From: Candidatus Omnitrophota bacterium
GTDB taxonomy: Bacteria > Omnitrophota > Gorgyraeia > Gygaellales > Gygaellaceae
Reading direction: 5' to 3'
DNA length: 64,000 bases
Assembly: GCA_018400015.1 (NCBI GenBank)
Contig: JAGYNB010000002.1
Coordinates: 180,555-244,554 of the forward strand
Part shown: piece by piece, positions 10,508 through 18,717 of the stretch
How positions within the stretch are numbered: position 1 is the first letter of the stretch
Layout: each line of letters opens with the position of its first letter
Notes under the pieces: generated by a model
What the model saw: the letters and a program-made list of their open reading frames with translations, nothing else
Databases searched by the model: none
Told to the model about the DNA's origin: nothing
Program-made: the position numbers and the translations under genes

Positions 10508-12183
10508 TATTCTTGGGAATTTTTTCTTTTATTGCTTTAGGGCTTTTTTATGTCCAGGTTATAAAGGGAAATTATTATTCGCGCTTAAGCTATAGCAATT
10601 ATATCCGTGTTTTTCCCGAGGAGGGTATTAGGGGAAGGATTTTTGATAAGGATAATCGTTTAATTGCCGATAACCAAGTGAGTTTCGATTGTTATGTCAA
10701 TCTCAGACAGGCAGACGAAAAAGTAATGTCATTTTTAAGTTTGCATTTGGGGATCTCAAGAGCCGAAATAAGAAAAAACATAAAGAGAAATCTTAAGACC
10801 AGAGACCTTCCTGTTTTGGTTTATAAGGGCTTGACGAAAGAAAAAGCTTTTCTCATAAAAGAACACGCCTTGAACAACTCGGCTGTAATAGTAAAGCTTA
10901 ATCATTCCCGTTTTTATCCTTACGCTGAATCTACTAGCCATGTTACAGGATATTTAAGCCAGATTAGTAAAAGTTTAATTACCAAATTGAAGGATTATGG
11001 TTATAGTACTCAAGATGTTATTGGCTATGGCGGAGTCGAGCAGGCAATCGATAAGTTTTTAAGGTCAGAATCTGGAGGTAGCCAGATTCAGGTAGATGCA
11101 CGCGGCAGACAAATTGCGCTATTGGGTTTTAAGGCAGCTAAAGACGGGCTTGATGTAAAATTGACTTTGGATATAAAAATGCAGGTGGCTGCATTTAATG
11201 CCTTAAAAAAATATAAAGGTTCGATCGTAATACTTGAACCTGATACGGGGAAGGTTTTGACAATGGTTAGCAGCCCAGGTTTTGATGCAAACATACTTAC
11301 TCAGGGCAAGGATATCCAAAAGATCAGCCAGATTTTAACAGATAAGAATGCACGACTATTGAATCGTGCAATCAGCGCTTCCTATCCTCCGGCATCTACC
11401 TTTAAGCTTGTTGTAGGAACTTGTGCTTTGGATAACAATAAAATAAGCCTTGAGGAGACGTTTAATTGCACAGGTAGTTTAAAAATAGGAAACAGAAATT
11501 TCAATTGTGCGGGTGTTCACGGAGTGCAAAATCTTGAAGATGCAATTGCAAATTCCTGCAATGTATTTTTTTACAATCTTGGTCTAAGAGTTGGAGCGAG
11601 GGCAATAATCGAAGCAGCGCATAGATTCAGGTTTGGCGAAAGAACTGGTATAGACCTACCTTATGAGGTGAGTGGCTTTTTGCCCAGTCTTTTATCGAAC
11701 AAATTGCTTTTTAAGAAATGGTACCCAGGAGATACAGCGAATATTTCAATTGGTCAAGGTGAATTGTTAGTTTCGCCTTTGCAAGCAGCGCGAATGGTTT
11801 CTATCTTTGCCAATAATGGGAAATTGGTCAAGCCTTATATAATTGAAGAGATTTTGGGTATGGATAAGACATCGCCCAATGTTACAAAATTGGATTTTGG
11901 AAATGCTGCTATTTTAACTGTAAGGTCGGCAATGCGTAGAGCCGTAACTGACCCAACAGGAACGGCAAGAGTTTTAAATATGAAAAATCTTTCCGTTGCT
12001 GGAAAGACCGGGACTGCTCAGGTGGGCAGCAAGCGGTCCCACGGATGGATTGTGGGTTTTGCGCCGTACGATAAACCGAAGATAGCATTTTGCGTATTTT
12101 TAGAAAATGTCGGTTCAAGCTATTGGGCAACTCAGGTGGCGCACCAGATGCTGGTATCATTTTTAAAAGAAGGCTTGTTATGA
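10483..12183 (+). CDS. mrdA: Penicillin-binding protein 2
   Basis: RGRIFD, YPPASTFK (SxxK), SCNVFFY (SxN) and AGKTGTAQ (KTG) motifs. Confidence 0.95.
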   Translation: MRTRNVYLIFLGIFSFIALGLFYVQVIKGNYYSRLSYSNYIRVFPEEGIRGRIFDKDNRLIADNQVSFDCYVNLRQADEKVMSFLSLHLGISRAEIRKNIKRNLKTRDLPVLVYKGLTKEKAFLIKEHALNNSAVIVKLNHSRFYPYAESTSHVTGYLSQISKSLITKLKDYGYSTQDVIGYGGVEQAIDKFLRSESGGSQIQVDARGRQIALLGFKAAKDGLDVKLTLDIKMQVAAFNALKKYKGSIVILEPDTGKVLTMVSSPGFDANILTQGKDIQKISQILTDKNARLLNRAISASYPPASTFKLVVGTCALDNNKISLEETFNCTGSLKIGNRNFNCAGVHGVQNLEDAIANSCNVFFYNLGLRVGARAIIEAAHRFRFGERTGIDLPYEVSGFLPSLLSNKLLFKKWYPGDTANISIGQGELLVSPLQAARMVSIFANNGKLVKPYIIEEILGMDKTSPNVTKLDFGNAAILTVRSAMRRAVTDPTGTARVLNMKNLSVAGKTGTAQVGSKRSHGWIVGFAPYDKPKIAFCVFLENVGSSYWATQVAHQMLVSFLKEGLL

Positions 12184-13304
12184 AAAAGAGTTTGTCTATA
12201 GTGTTTATTCCGGTAATTATCTGTCTCATAGGGATATTTTCTATTTATACAAATACATATCTTAATAATGGTTTTGATTCAAGATCGTTATCATTGATAG
12301 AGAAAATCAGTAGTTTTTTTGGTACCTTAGTTGGCAAACAGGTTATTTGGCTTTTGGTGAGTTTGTCTGCGTACTGGTTGGTTAGTCTTATTTATTATCG
12401 TCGGCTATATGATGCTGCTTATTTTTTGTATGGTTTTTTGTTAATTTTGCTTATATTCGTGTTTGTTTTAGGTATTGTCAGGTTGGGTGCTCAAAGGTGG
12501 TTGAAGATGGGATTTTTGAATTTTCAGCCTTCTGAATTTGCCAAGCTTTGCATTGTTTTAGTTATGGCAAGATATTTTGATTATCGAAAGCTTGGCAATG
12601 TTCAGTTGTTTGAATTAGATTTTGTAAATGGTTTTATATTGCCTTTTATCATTGTGATAATACCATGTTTTTTAATTGCCAAACAGCCTGATTTGGGTTC
12701 GGCGATTATTGTGTTTTTGGTATTTATTTCGATAATTTATGCAAAAGATTTTCCCATGAAGTGGTTTTTATTATTTGCAGGTTTATTTTTGCTTGTTTTT
12801 CCTTTTGTCTGGAGTTTGCTTGAGGAATACCAAAGACAACGTTTGCTTGTGTTTGTAAATCCTAATATCGATCCTTTAGGTGCCGGATATACCGTTATTC
12901 AATCTAAGATTGCCGTTGGTTCAGGAGGTTTATTCGGTAAGGGTTGGCTTTCAGGCACACAGAGCCAGTTACATTTTTTGCCTGAAGCCCATACGGATTT
13001 CATATTCGCAACCTGGGCAGAGGAAAGAGGTTTTTTCGGATCGACGATTTTAATTTTATTTTACGCATTGTTAATTAAAAGCATTGTTGATGTAGCTGTA
13101 AGGTCAAGAGACAGTTTTGCAAAGTTAATTTGTATAGGAATTGCCAGTATGTTTGGTTTCCAGATTGGTATTAATATTCTTATGACTATTGGGTTGTCTC
13201 CGGTTGTTGGCCTGCCTTTACCGTTTATGAGCTACGGCGGATCATCTCTTTTGATAAGTTTTATTTCTTTGGGTATTGTTTCTAATATTAAAAGTAACCT
13301 TTAA
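12180..13304 (+). CDS. rodA: Rod shape-determining SEDS protein RodA
   Basis: GAQRWL, QPSEFAK, QPDLGS, QSKIAVGSGG, PEAHTDFIF and PFMSYGGSS motifs. Likely start is ATG 12180, overlapping the mrdA stop (ATGA). Confidence 0.95.
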   Translation: MKKSLSIVFIPVIICLIGIFSIYTNTYLNNGFDSRSLSLIEKISSFFGTLVGKQVIWLLVSLSAYWLVSLIYYRRLYDAAYFLYGFLLILLIFVFVLGIVRLGAQRWLKMGFLNFQPSEFAKLCIVLVMARYFDYRKLGNVQLFELDFVNGFILPFIIVIIPCFLIAKQPDLGSAIIVFLVFISIIYAKDFPMKWFLLFAGLFLLVFPFVWSLLEEYQRQRLLVFVNPNIDPLGAGYTVIQSKIAVGSGGLFGKGWLSGTQSQLHFLPEAHTDFIFATWAEERGFFGSTILILFYALLIKSIVDVAVRSRDSFAKLICIGIASMFGFQIGINILMTIGLSPVVGLPLPFMSYGGSSLLISFISLGIVSNIKSNL

Positions 13305-15035
13305 ATGAATTTAGATATCGTCAGAAAACCGGCAAGATATATCGGCAAGGAATGGAATCTGGCCTGTAAAAATGTGGCAAACTCTAAAGTTAAGATAGCG
13401 CTTTGTTATCCGGATATGTATGAATTGGGTATGAGCAATCTGGGTTTTAGAATTCTTTACGGGTTGCTGAATAAGCAAAGGGCTGTTTTTTGCGATAGGG
13501 TTTTTGCTCCTGCAGATGATTATTTGAATTATTTGAAAGAGCATGACATTAAATTATCCGGTCTTGATTCAAGAATACCCTTAAGTAAATTTGATATAAT
13601 TGGTTTTTCTCTGGGATATGAACTTACCTTTACTAATGTTTTAAGTATTCTTTCCTTTGCAGGATTGCCGTTAAGAAGCCGCGAAAGAATCGATAAACAT
13701 CCTTTAGTTATTGCCGGAGGGCCGTGTGTTGTAAATCCTGAACCGATGAGCGAATTTATCGACGCTTTTGTTATTGGTGAATCTGAAGAGGCGATTATTG
13801 AATTAATTAATTGTTTTAAGAAAACTTCTCCTAGAAATGAATTGTTAAAAAAATTGTCTAGAATAGAAGGGGTTTACGTGCCCTCGCTTTATGATGTCAA
13901 TTATAAAGAAGATTTTTCTATTAATGAGATTATTCCTAATGAAAAAGGCGTTCCTTCAAGCATAAATAAACGCATCGTAAAAGAATTTGATAGGAGTTTT
14001 TTTCCGGTTGATTGGCTAGTGCCTTTTATCCAGGTTGTGCACGATAGGATTTCATTGGAAATCATGCGTGGTTGTCCTAATAGTTGCCGTTTTTGTCAAG
14101 CAAGGAATATTTACTATCCCTACAGAATAAGAAAACTAAATACAATATTAAAGTATGCTAAGCAGACACTTAAACGCACAGGCTATGAAGAGCTTGGATT
14201 ATGTGGGTTATCCGTAAGTGATCATTATCAGATACGCGCAATGATAAAAAAGTTAACCTCTTTATTAAAAGGAAGAGGGATTTCACTTTCATTATCCAGT
14301 ATGCGCGCAGATATTCTTCTTGAAGGTGCATTTGGAGATATTTCCAGTATAAAGAAAACTGGTCTTACCTTTGCTTTGGAAGCCGGTAGTAGCAGGTTAC
14401 AGAAAAAAATAAATAAAAATATCGATATGGATAAGTTCTTCTTCCTGGCCAGCCAAAGTCTTGAAAAAGGGTGGCGCAAGATAAAATTGTATTTTATGGT
14501 TGGTTTTCCTGACGAGACAGAAGATGATTTAGCAGAGATAATTTTGATCGTAGATAAGTTACTTAAACTGAGATCTTCATCAGGAAACAAATTTCTTAAA
14601 ATTAATTTAAGCGTTAATCCTTTTATTCCTAAGCCGCATACGCCGTTTCAGTGGGTCAATATGGAGAGTATAGAAAATTTAAAAAGGAAAAAATATTATC
14701 TGTTAGATAGATTAAATAGTTTCCCAGGGAACAGGATTAATTTTAGTTTTCATAATATTGAATCAAGTTTTTTGGAAGCGGTTCTTTCGCGTGGCGATAG
14801 AAGACTTTCTGAAGTTATATCCATAGCCTGGAATAAAGGAGCAAAGTTTGACGCCTGGAGCGAGTTTTTTGATTTTAAAATCTGGCAGCAGGCTTTTAAA
14901 GAGGCCAATCTTGACCCAAACTTTTTTGTCAACCGCAATATAGCATTAAGTGAAAAACTCCCCTGGGACCATATCAAAATATCACCTGAAAAGGCCTATT
15001 TGTTTAAAGAGTTCGAACAGAGCCAGAAATACTGA
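13305..15035 (+). CDS. B12-binding radical SAM protein (TIGR03960-like)
   Basis: KPARYIGKEWN, YPDMYELGMSNLG, GGPCVVNPEP, EIMRGCPNSCRFC (CxxxCxxC), FIPKPHTPFQW and LPWDHI motifs. Confidence 0.88.
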   Translation: MNLDIVRKPARYIGKEWNLACKNVANSKVKIALCYPDMYELGMSNLGFRILYGLLNKQRAVFCDRVFAPADDYLNYLKEHDIKLSGLDSRIPLSKFDIIGFSLGYELTFTNVLSILSFAGLPLRSRERIDKHPLVIAGGPCVVNPEPMSEFIDAFVIGESEEAIIELINCFKKTSPRNELLKKLSRIEGVYVPSLYDVNYKEDFSINEIIPNEKGVPSSINKRIVKEFDRSFFPVDWLVPFIQVVHDRISLEIMRGCPNSCRFCQARNIYYPYRIRKLNTILKYAKQTLKRTGYEELGLCGLSVSDHYQIRAMIKKLTSLLKGRGISLSLSSMRADILLEGAFGDISSIKKTGLTFALEAGSSRLQKKINKNIDMDKFFFLASQSLEKGWRKIKLYFMVGFPDETEDDLAEIILIVDKLLKLRSSSGNKFLKINLSVNPFIPKPHTPFQWVNMESIENLKRKKYYLLDRLNSFPGNRINFSFHNIESSFLEAVLSRGDRRLSEVISIAWNKGAKFDAWSEFFDFKIWQQAFKEANLDPNFFVNRNIALSEKLPWDHIKISPEKAYLFKEFEQSQKY

Positions 15036-15063
15036 AAACCATCTCAAAAAACGCTAAAACCTG

Positions 15064-15092
15064 TTGACAAATAATAGATTATGAAATATAGT
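15064..15092 (+). promoter_or_regulatory. Sigma70-like promoter at the start of the c-di-GMP/pilus cluster
   Basis: TTGACA 15064-15069, 17-nt spacer, TATAGT 15087-15092 (TATAAT also at 15092-15097). RBS AAGGAGG precedes ATG 15129. Confidence 0.65.
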
Positions 15093-15128
15093 ATAATTAT
15101 ATAATCATAATTTTAAGGAGGCATTTAT

Positions 15129-16529
15129 ATGATTAAGCTATTTAAGAAAACGTCTATTTCTTCCAGGGGATTGCGTAGCAAGTTAGCCGTTGCTTTTGCG
15201 TTAACCTCGACCATTCCAATTCTTATAAGCGTTTATCTGATTTCACAAATTACCGATGTTTCCACTTTGGATTTACGTATCGGTTCATTTTTGATTTTGA
15301 GCCTTCTTATTGCTGTTTTTGGTTATTTTGTCTTAAACAACATAATCAATTCCATTATAAAAACTAGCAAAAAAGCTAATGCTTATATACAAGGCCAGAC
15401 TTTTGGTGGAATAAAGATTTCAACCGATGATGAGATTTCCGATTTGAATAAGGCTATTGATAAACTTAATGACCGTATAAGGGAAAATATGGAAAAGTTA
15501 AGTTTTTATGATAAGCAAACTAAGCTAGTCGGTATGGATTTGAATAAGAAAGTAATCGCTCTTTCAAGTCTATTGCAAATCGGTAGTTTTATTTCTTCGA
15601 GCAATAAAATTGATGATATTTTTTCTTTGGTTGTAGGAAAACTTTCGAATATTGAGCCAAGTTTTGAAGTATTCTTGTTTTTGGAGAATAAAAATAATGA
15701 GTTTTCTCTCGATTTTGCTTCGAATCAGGAAAAGATTAAATCTAATGTATTTACTTTATCCAGCGATTCAAAAAGAATTGTTCAGGCAATAACCAGCAAC
15801 GAACCTTTAAGATTGGATATTTCTCATTCTGAGTCTAAGACTTTAGAGCGTTTAGGAGAAATATTCAACATCAGTAGTATAGTTATTTTTCCTATTTTTG
15901 CTTGCGAACAGACAAAAGGGCTCCTAATTGTCGCTAGCACAAAAAACGATTATGCTTTTGAGGCAGGCGATATTGAACTTATAAGGTTATTTGCCCGTCA
16001 GCTTGCAATAGCTTTGGAGAAGAACCAGCTTTTTAACAAAGCGAAGAAATTGGAGACAAAAGATGAATTAACTGGTTTATACAACGAAAGTTTTATTCGA
16101 GATCGTCTAAATGAAGAGATAAAACGCGCTTTTGTTTCCCAGAGGCCGTGTTCTTTTGTTCTTTTCGGAGTGGATAAATTCCAGAATTACCTGCAGCGAA
16201 AAGGTCAGGACGGGGCGGAAGTTTCTTTAAAACATATTGCTTCTTTATTGAAAGAGTCTTCTCGGGAAATTGACAAGCCTGGTCGTTTTGGGTATTCTGA
16301 CTTTGCATTGTTATTGCCGGAAATGAATAAAAAGGAAGCGATTAATCTTGCGGAAGAGATCAGGAACAAGGTTGCTTTTGTTTTTAAAGAAGAAGACGCT
16401 GGTCTTCGTCTGACAATTTCAGCTGCTGTCAGTGAAAATCCGATTGATGGGATAAAAGCCGAAGAATTGATTTCCCATGCAAGAAATCTTTTATCGAATA
16501 AAGATTCAGACAATAAGGTTTTTCGCTAA
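15129..16529 (+). CDS. Membrane HAMP-GAF-GGDEF protein with degenerate active site
   Basis: Two TM helices, HAMP-like DEISDL, a GAF domain (DIELIRLFARQLAIALE), DELTGLYN, and REIDKPGRFGYSDF (RxxD I-site intact; GGDEF replaced by GYSDF). Confidence 0.85.
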   Translation: MIKLFKKTSISSRGLRSKLAVAFALTSTIPILISVYLISQITDVSTLDLRIGSFLILSLLIAVFGYFVLNNIINSIIKTSKKANAYIQGQTFGGIKISTDDEISDLNKAIDKLNDRIRENMEKLSFYDKQTKLVGMDLNKKVIALSSLLQIGSFISSSNKIDDIFSLVVGKLSNIEPSFEVFLFLENKNNEFSLDFASNQEKIKSNVFTLSSDSKRIVQAITSNEPLRLDISHSESKTLERLGEIFNISSIVIFPIFACEQTKGLLIVASTKNDYAFEAGDIELIRLFARQLAIALEKNQLFNKAKKLETKDELTGLYNESFIRDRLNEEIKRAFVSQRPCSFVLFGVDKFQNYLQRKGQDGAEVSLKHIASLLKESSREIDKPGRFGYSDFALLLPEMNKKEAINLAEEIRNKVAFVFKEEDAGLRLTISAAVSENPIDGIKAEELISHARNLLSNKDSDNKVFR

Positions 16530-16531
16530 TA

Positions 16532-16981
16532 ATGTTTTCTCCTTTTAGGAAGGTTGTAAATAAACAATTAGGTGAATTGCTGGTTGAGCATAAAATTATC
16601 AGTGAGGCGCAATTAAAAAAAGCCCTTGTGTTGCAAAGCCAGCGTAGCGGCGCTTTAATCGGAGAATTGATAGTAGAGCTTGGTTATGCAAAGGAAGAGG
16701 ATATTGCCAATACTCTGGCAGCCCAGTACGGTTTTCCTTATTTGCCTTTGGATAATTATTCGGTCGACGATAGTATTATAAAATTGATACCGAAGAACGT
16801 TGCGAGTCAGTACTGTTTATTGGCAATAGATAAGCTTGCCAATTCAATTGTCGTAGCCACAAGCAATCCTTTGAACACCCAGGCAATCGAAGACGTTGAA
16901 TATATTACTAATTGTGATGTTCGTGTTTTTATCTCTACGGCAACGAGCATTAGAAAGAAAATCAAAGAGTACTACCAATAG
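16532..16981 (+). CDS. Stand-alone MshEN (GspE/PilB N-terminal) domain protein
   Basis: Tandem QLGELLVEHKIISEAQLKKALVLQ / LIGELIVELGYAKEEDIANTLAAQ, then the alpha/beta subdomain (ATSNPLN). No ATPase domain. Confidence 0.85.
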   Translation: MFSPFRKVVNKQLGELLVEHKIISEAQLKKALVLQSQRSGALIGELIVELGYAKEEDIANTLAAQYGFPYLPLDNYSVDDSIIKLIPKNVASQYCLLAIDKLANSIVVATSNPLNTQAIEDVEYITNCDVRVFISTATSIRKKIKEYYQ

Positions 16982-16984
16982 TAA

Positions 16985-18715
16985 ATGGCAACATTAAAAG
17001 AAAACTTAACCAATATTCTTATCGATAATAACCTTATTACGCGTGAGAATTTGGAAAAGGCTATTACTACACAAAAAAAACAAGGTGGTAGTCTTAGTCA
17101 GATACTTATAGATTCTGGTTTCGTAAAAGAAAAAGATTTGGTTATTGCCTTAAGCCAAGGTTTAGGAATCCCACCGATAAATTTAAATAAGATAAAAATA
17201 GATAAACAAGTTGTAAAACTTATTTCTCAAGAAGTAGCGCAGCGTTATCTTATTTTGCCTATTTCTCAAGTCGGCGCGACTTTAACCGTTGCCATGGCAG
17301 ATCCTTTGAATGTTTTTACTTTGGACGATTTGAAAACCCTTACGAGTATGAAGATCAATCCTGTTATAACTACTGCTAATGATATTAAGGATGCGATTAA
17401 GAATTATTATGTAGACGATCAAAAGCAGGAAGATGCAAAAATCGACGATATCATCAAGGATATTTCTACTGCGGATATAGAGCTGGTTAAAGAGTCCGAG
17501 GATAAGGAAGAGAACATAAGTTTTATGCATATGGTCGATGATGCACCTATTGTAAAAATCACCAATAGGTTCCTTAGCGATGCAGTTAAGCTCAATGCAA
17601 GCGATGTTTTGTTCGAACCGTTTGAAAAGACAACGCGTGTAAGATGTCGCGTTGACGGCGCATTAAGAGAAATAGAAACTCTTCCCAAATATATGCATGA
17701 AGCAATAGTGTCTCGTACTAAAGTTATTTCTGGGCTTGATATCTCAGAACATAGGCTTCCTCAGGACGGGCGTTTTAAGATAAAATTCCAGTCTCGAGAG
17801 GTTGATTTTAGAATTTCTATTCTGCCGTCGGTTTTCGGAGAAAAAGTTGCTTTGCGTGTTTTGGATAAAACAACCGCAATGCTTGATATTGAGAAACTTA
17901 ATTTTTCAGAGCATAATCTTAATATCCTCAAACACTGTTCTTCTTTTCCGCACGGTATGATGCTTGTTTGCGGTCCTACTGGTTCAGGTAAGACCACTAC
18001 ACTTTATTCCATTCTTAAATATGTGGATAGCCCTGAAAAAAATATTGTTACCGTAGAAGACCCTGTTGAATATCAGCTTCATGGAGTAAATCAAGTGACT
18101 TGTCGGCCTGATATCGGCCTGACATTTGCTGCAGCACTGCGTTCCATATTAAGGCAAGACCCCGATATAATAATGGTTGGTGAAATTAGGGATTTTGAGA
18201 CTTTGGATATTTCCATAAAATCAGCTCTTACCGGACACATGGTTTTAAGTACGCTTCATACGACGACAGCTCCCGGTTCAATTATCAGAATGTTGAATAT
18301 GGGCGCGGAACCTTTTTTGGTTACGTCCTGTGTAGTTGGTGTTATTGCTCAAAGGTTAGTGCGCAAGTTGTGTCCAAAATGTAAAGAAGCATATAAACCT
18401 TCTAAGGCAGTCTTAGATACTTTAAGTGTTGCCGGGGATATTAAAGAAAGCGTTACTTTTTATCGGGCAAAAGGTTGTCCGGAATGTTTTAATATAGGTT
18501 TTCGCGGAAGGCTGGCAATATGCGAAGTGCTTGTTTTGACACACGAAGTTAAAAATTTGATTTTAAAACGGGCGCAGGAGCATCAGATTAAGAAGATGGC
18601 TCGTTCGCAGAGCATGCGAACTTTAAGAGAAGACGGTATTGATAAAATAATTGCTGGTTTAACCACACCGGAAGAGGTATTAAAGGTTACCGCTTCTGAC
18701 GTAAAGGCAGAATAG
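16985..18715 (+). CDS. pilB: Type IV pilus/T2SS assembly ATPase (PilB/GspE family), copy 1
   Basis: Degenerate MshEN N-terminus, RLPQDGRF, Walker A GPTGSGKTT, TVEDPVEY, RQDPDIIMVGEIRD, STLH and a tetra-Cys Zn motif. Confidence 0.9.
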   Translation: MATLKENLTNILIDNNLITRENLEKAITTQKKQGGSLSQILIDSGFVKEKDLVIALSQGLGIPPINLNKIKIDKQVVKLISQEVAQRYLILPISQVGATLTVAMADPLNVFTLDDLKTLTSMKINPVITTANDIKDAIKNYYVDDQKQEDAKIDDIIKDISTADIELVKESEDKEENISFMHMVDDAPIVKITNRFLSDAVKLNASDVLFEPFEKTTRVRCRVDGALREIETLPKYMHEAIVSRTKVISGLDISEHRLPQDGRFKIKFQSREVDFRISILPSVFGEKVALRVLDKTTAMLDIEKLNFSEHNLNILKHCSSFPHGMMLVCGPTGSGKTTTLYSILKYVDSPEKNIVTVEDPVEYQLHGVNQVTCRPDIGLTFAAALRSILRQDPDIIMVGEIRDFETLDISIKSALTGHMVLSTLHTTTAPGSIIRMLNMGAEPFLVTSCVVGVIAQRLVRKLCPKCKEAYKPSKAVLDTLSVAGDIKESVTFYRAKGCPECFNIGFRGRLAICEVLVLTHEVKNLILKRAQEHQIKKMARSQSMRTLREDGIDKIIAGLTTPEEVLKVTASDVKAE

Positions 18716-18717
18716 TT

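Noticed and set aside
12090-12179. N-terminal extensions in track ORFs (rodA 12090, ackA 38428, NYN 40763, mlaF 45149, MATE 56897, methyltransferase 59872, DUF134 61845)
   Set aside because: They run deep into upstream genes or promoters. Downstream ATGs with an RBS or stop-start coupling match the family N-termini better.
15036-15128. Possible c-di-GMP riboswitch ahead of the pilus cluster
   Set aside because: The gap is filled by the promoter and AT-rich sequence; no GEMM-type GGCAAA...GAAA...GACGCAAA structure is present.
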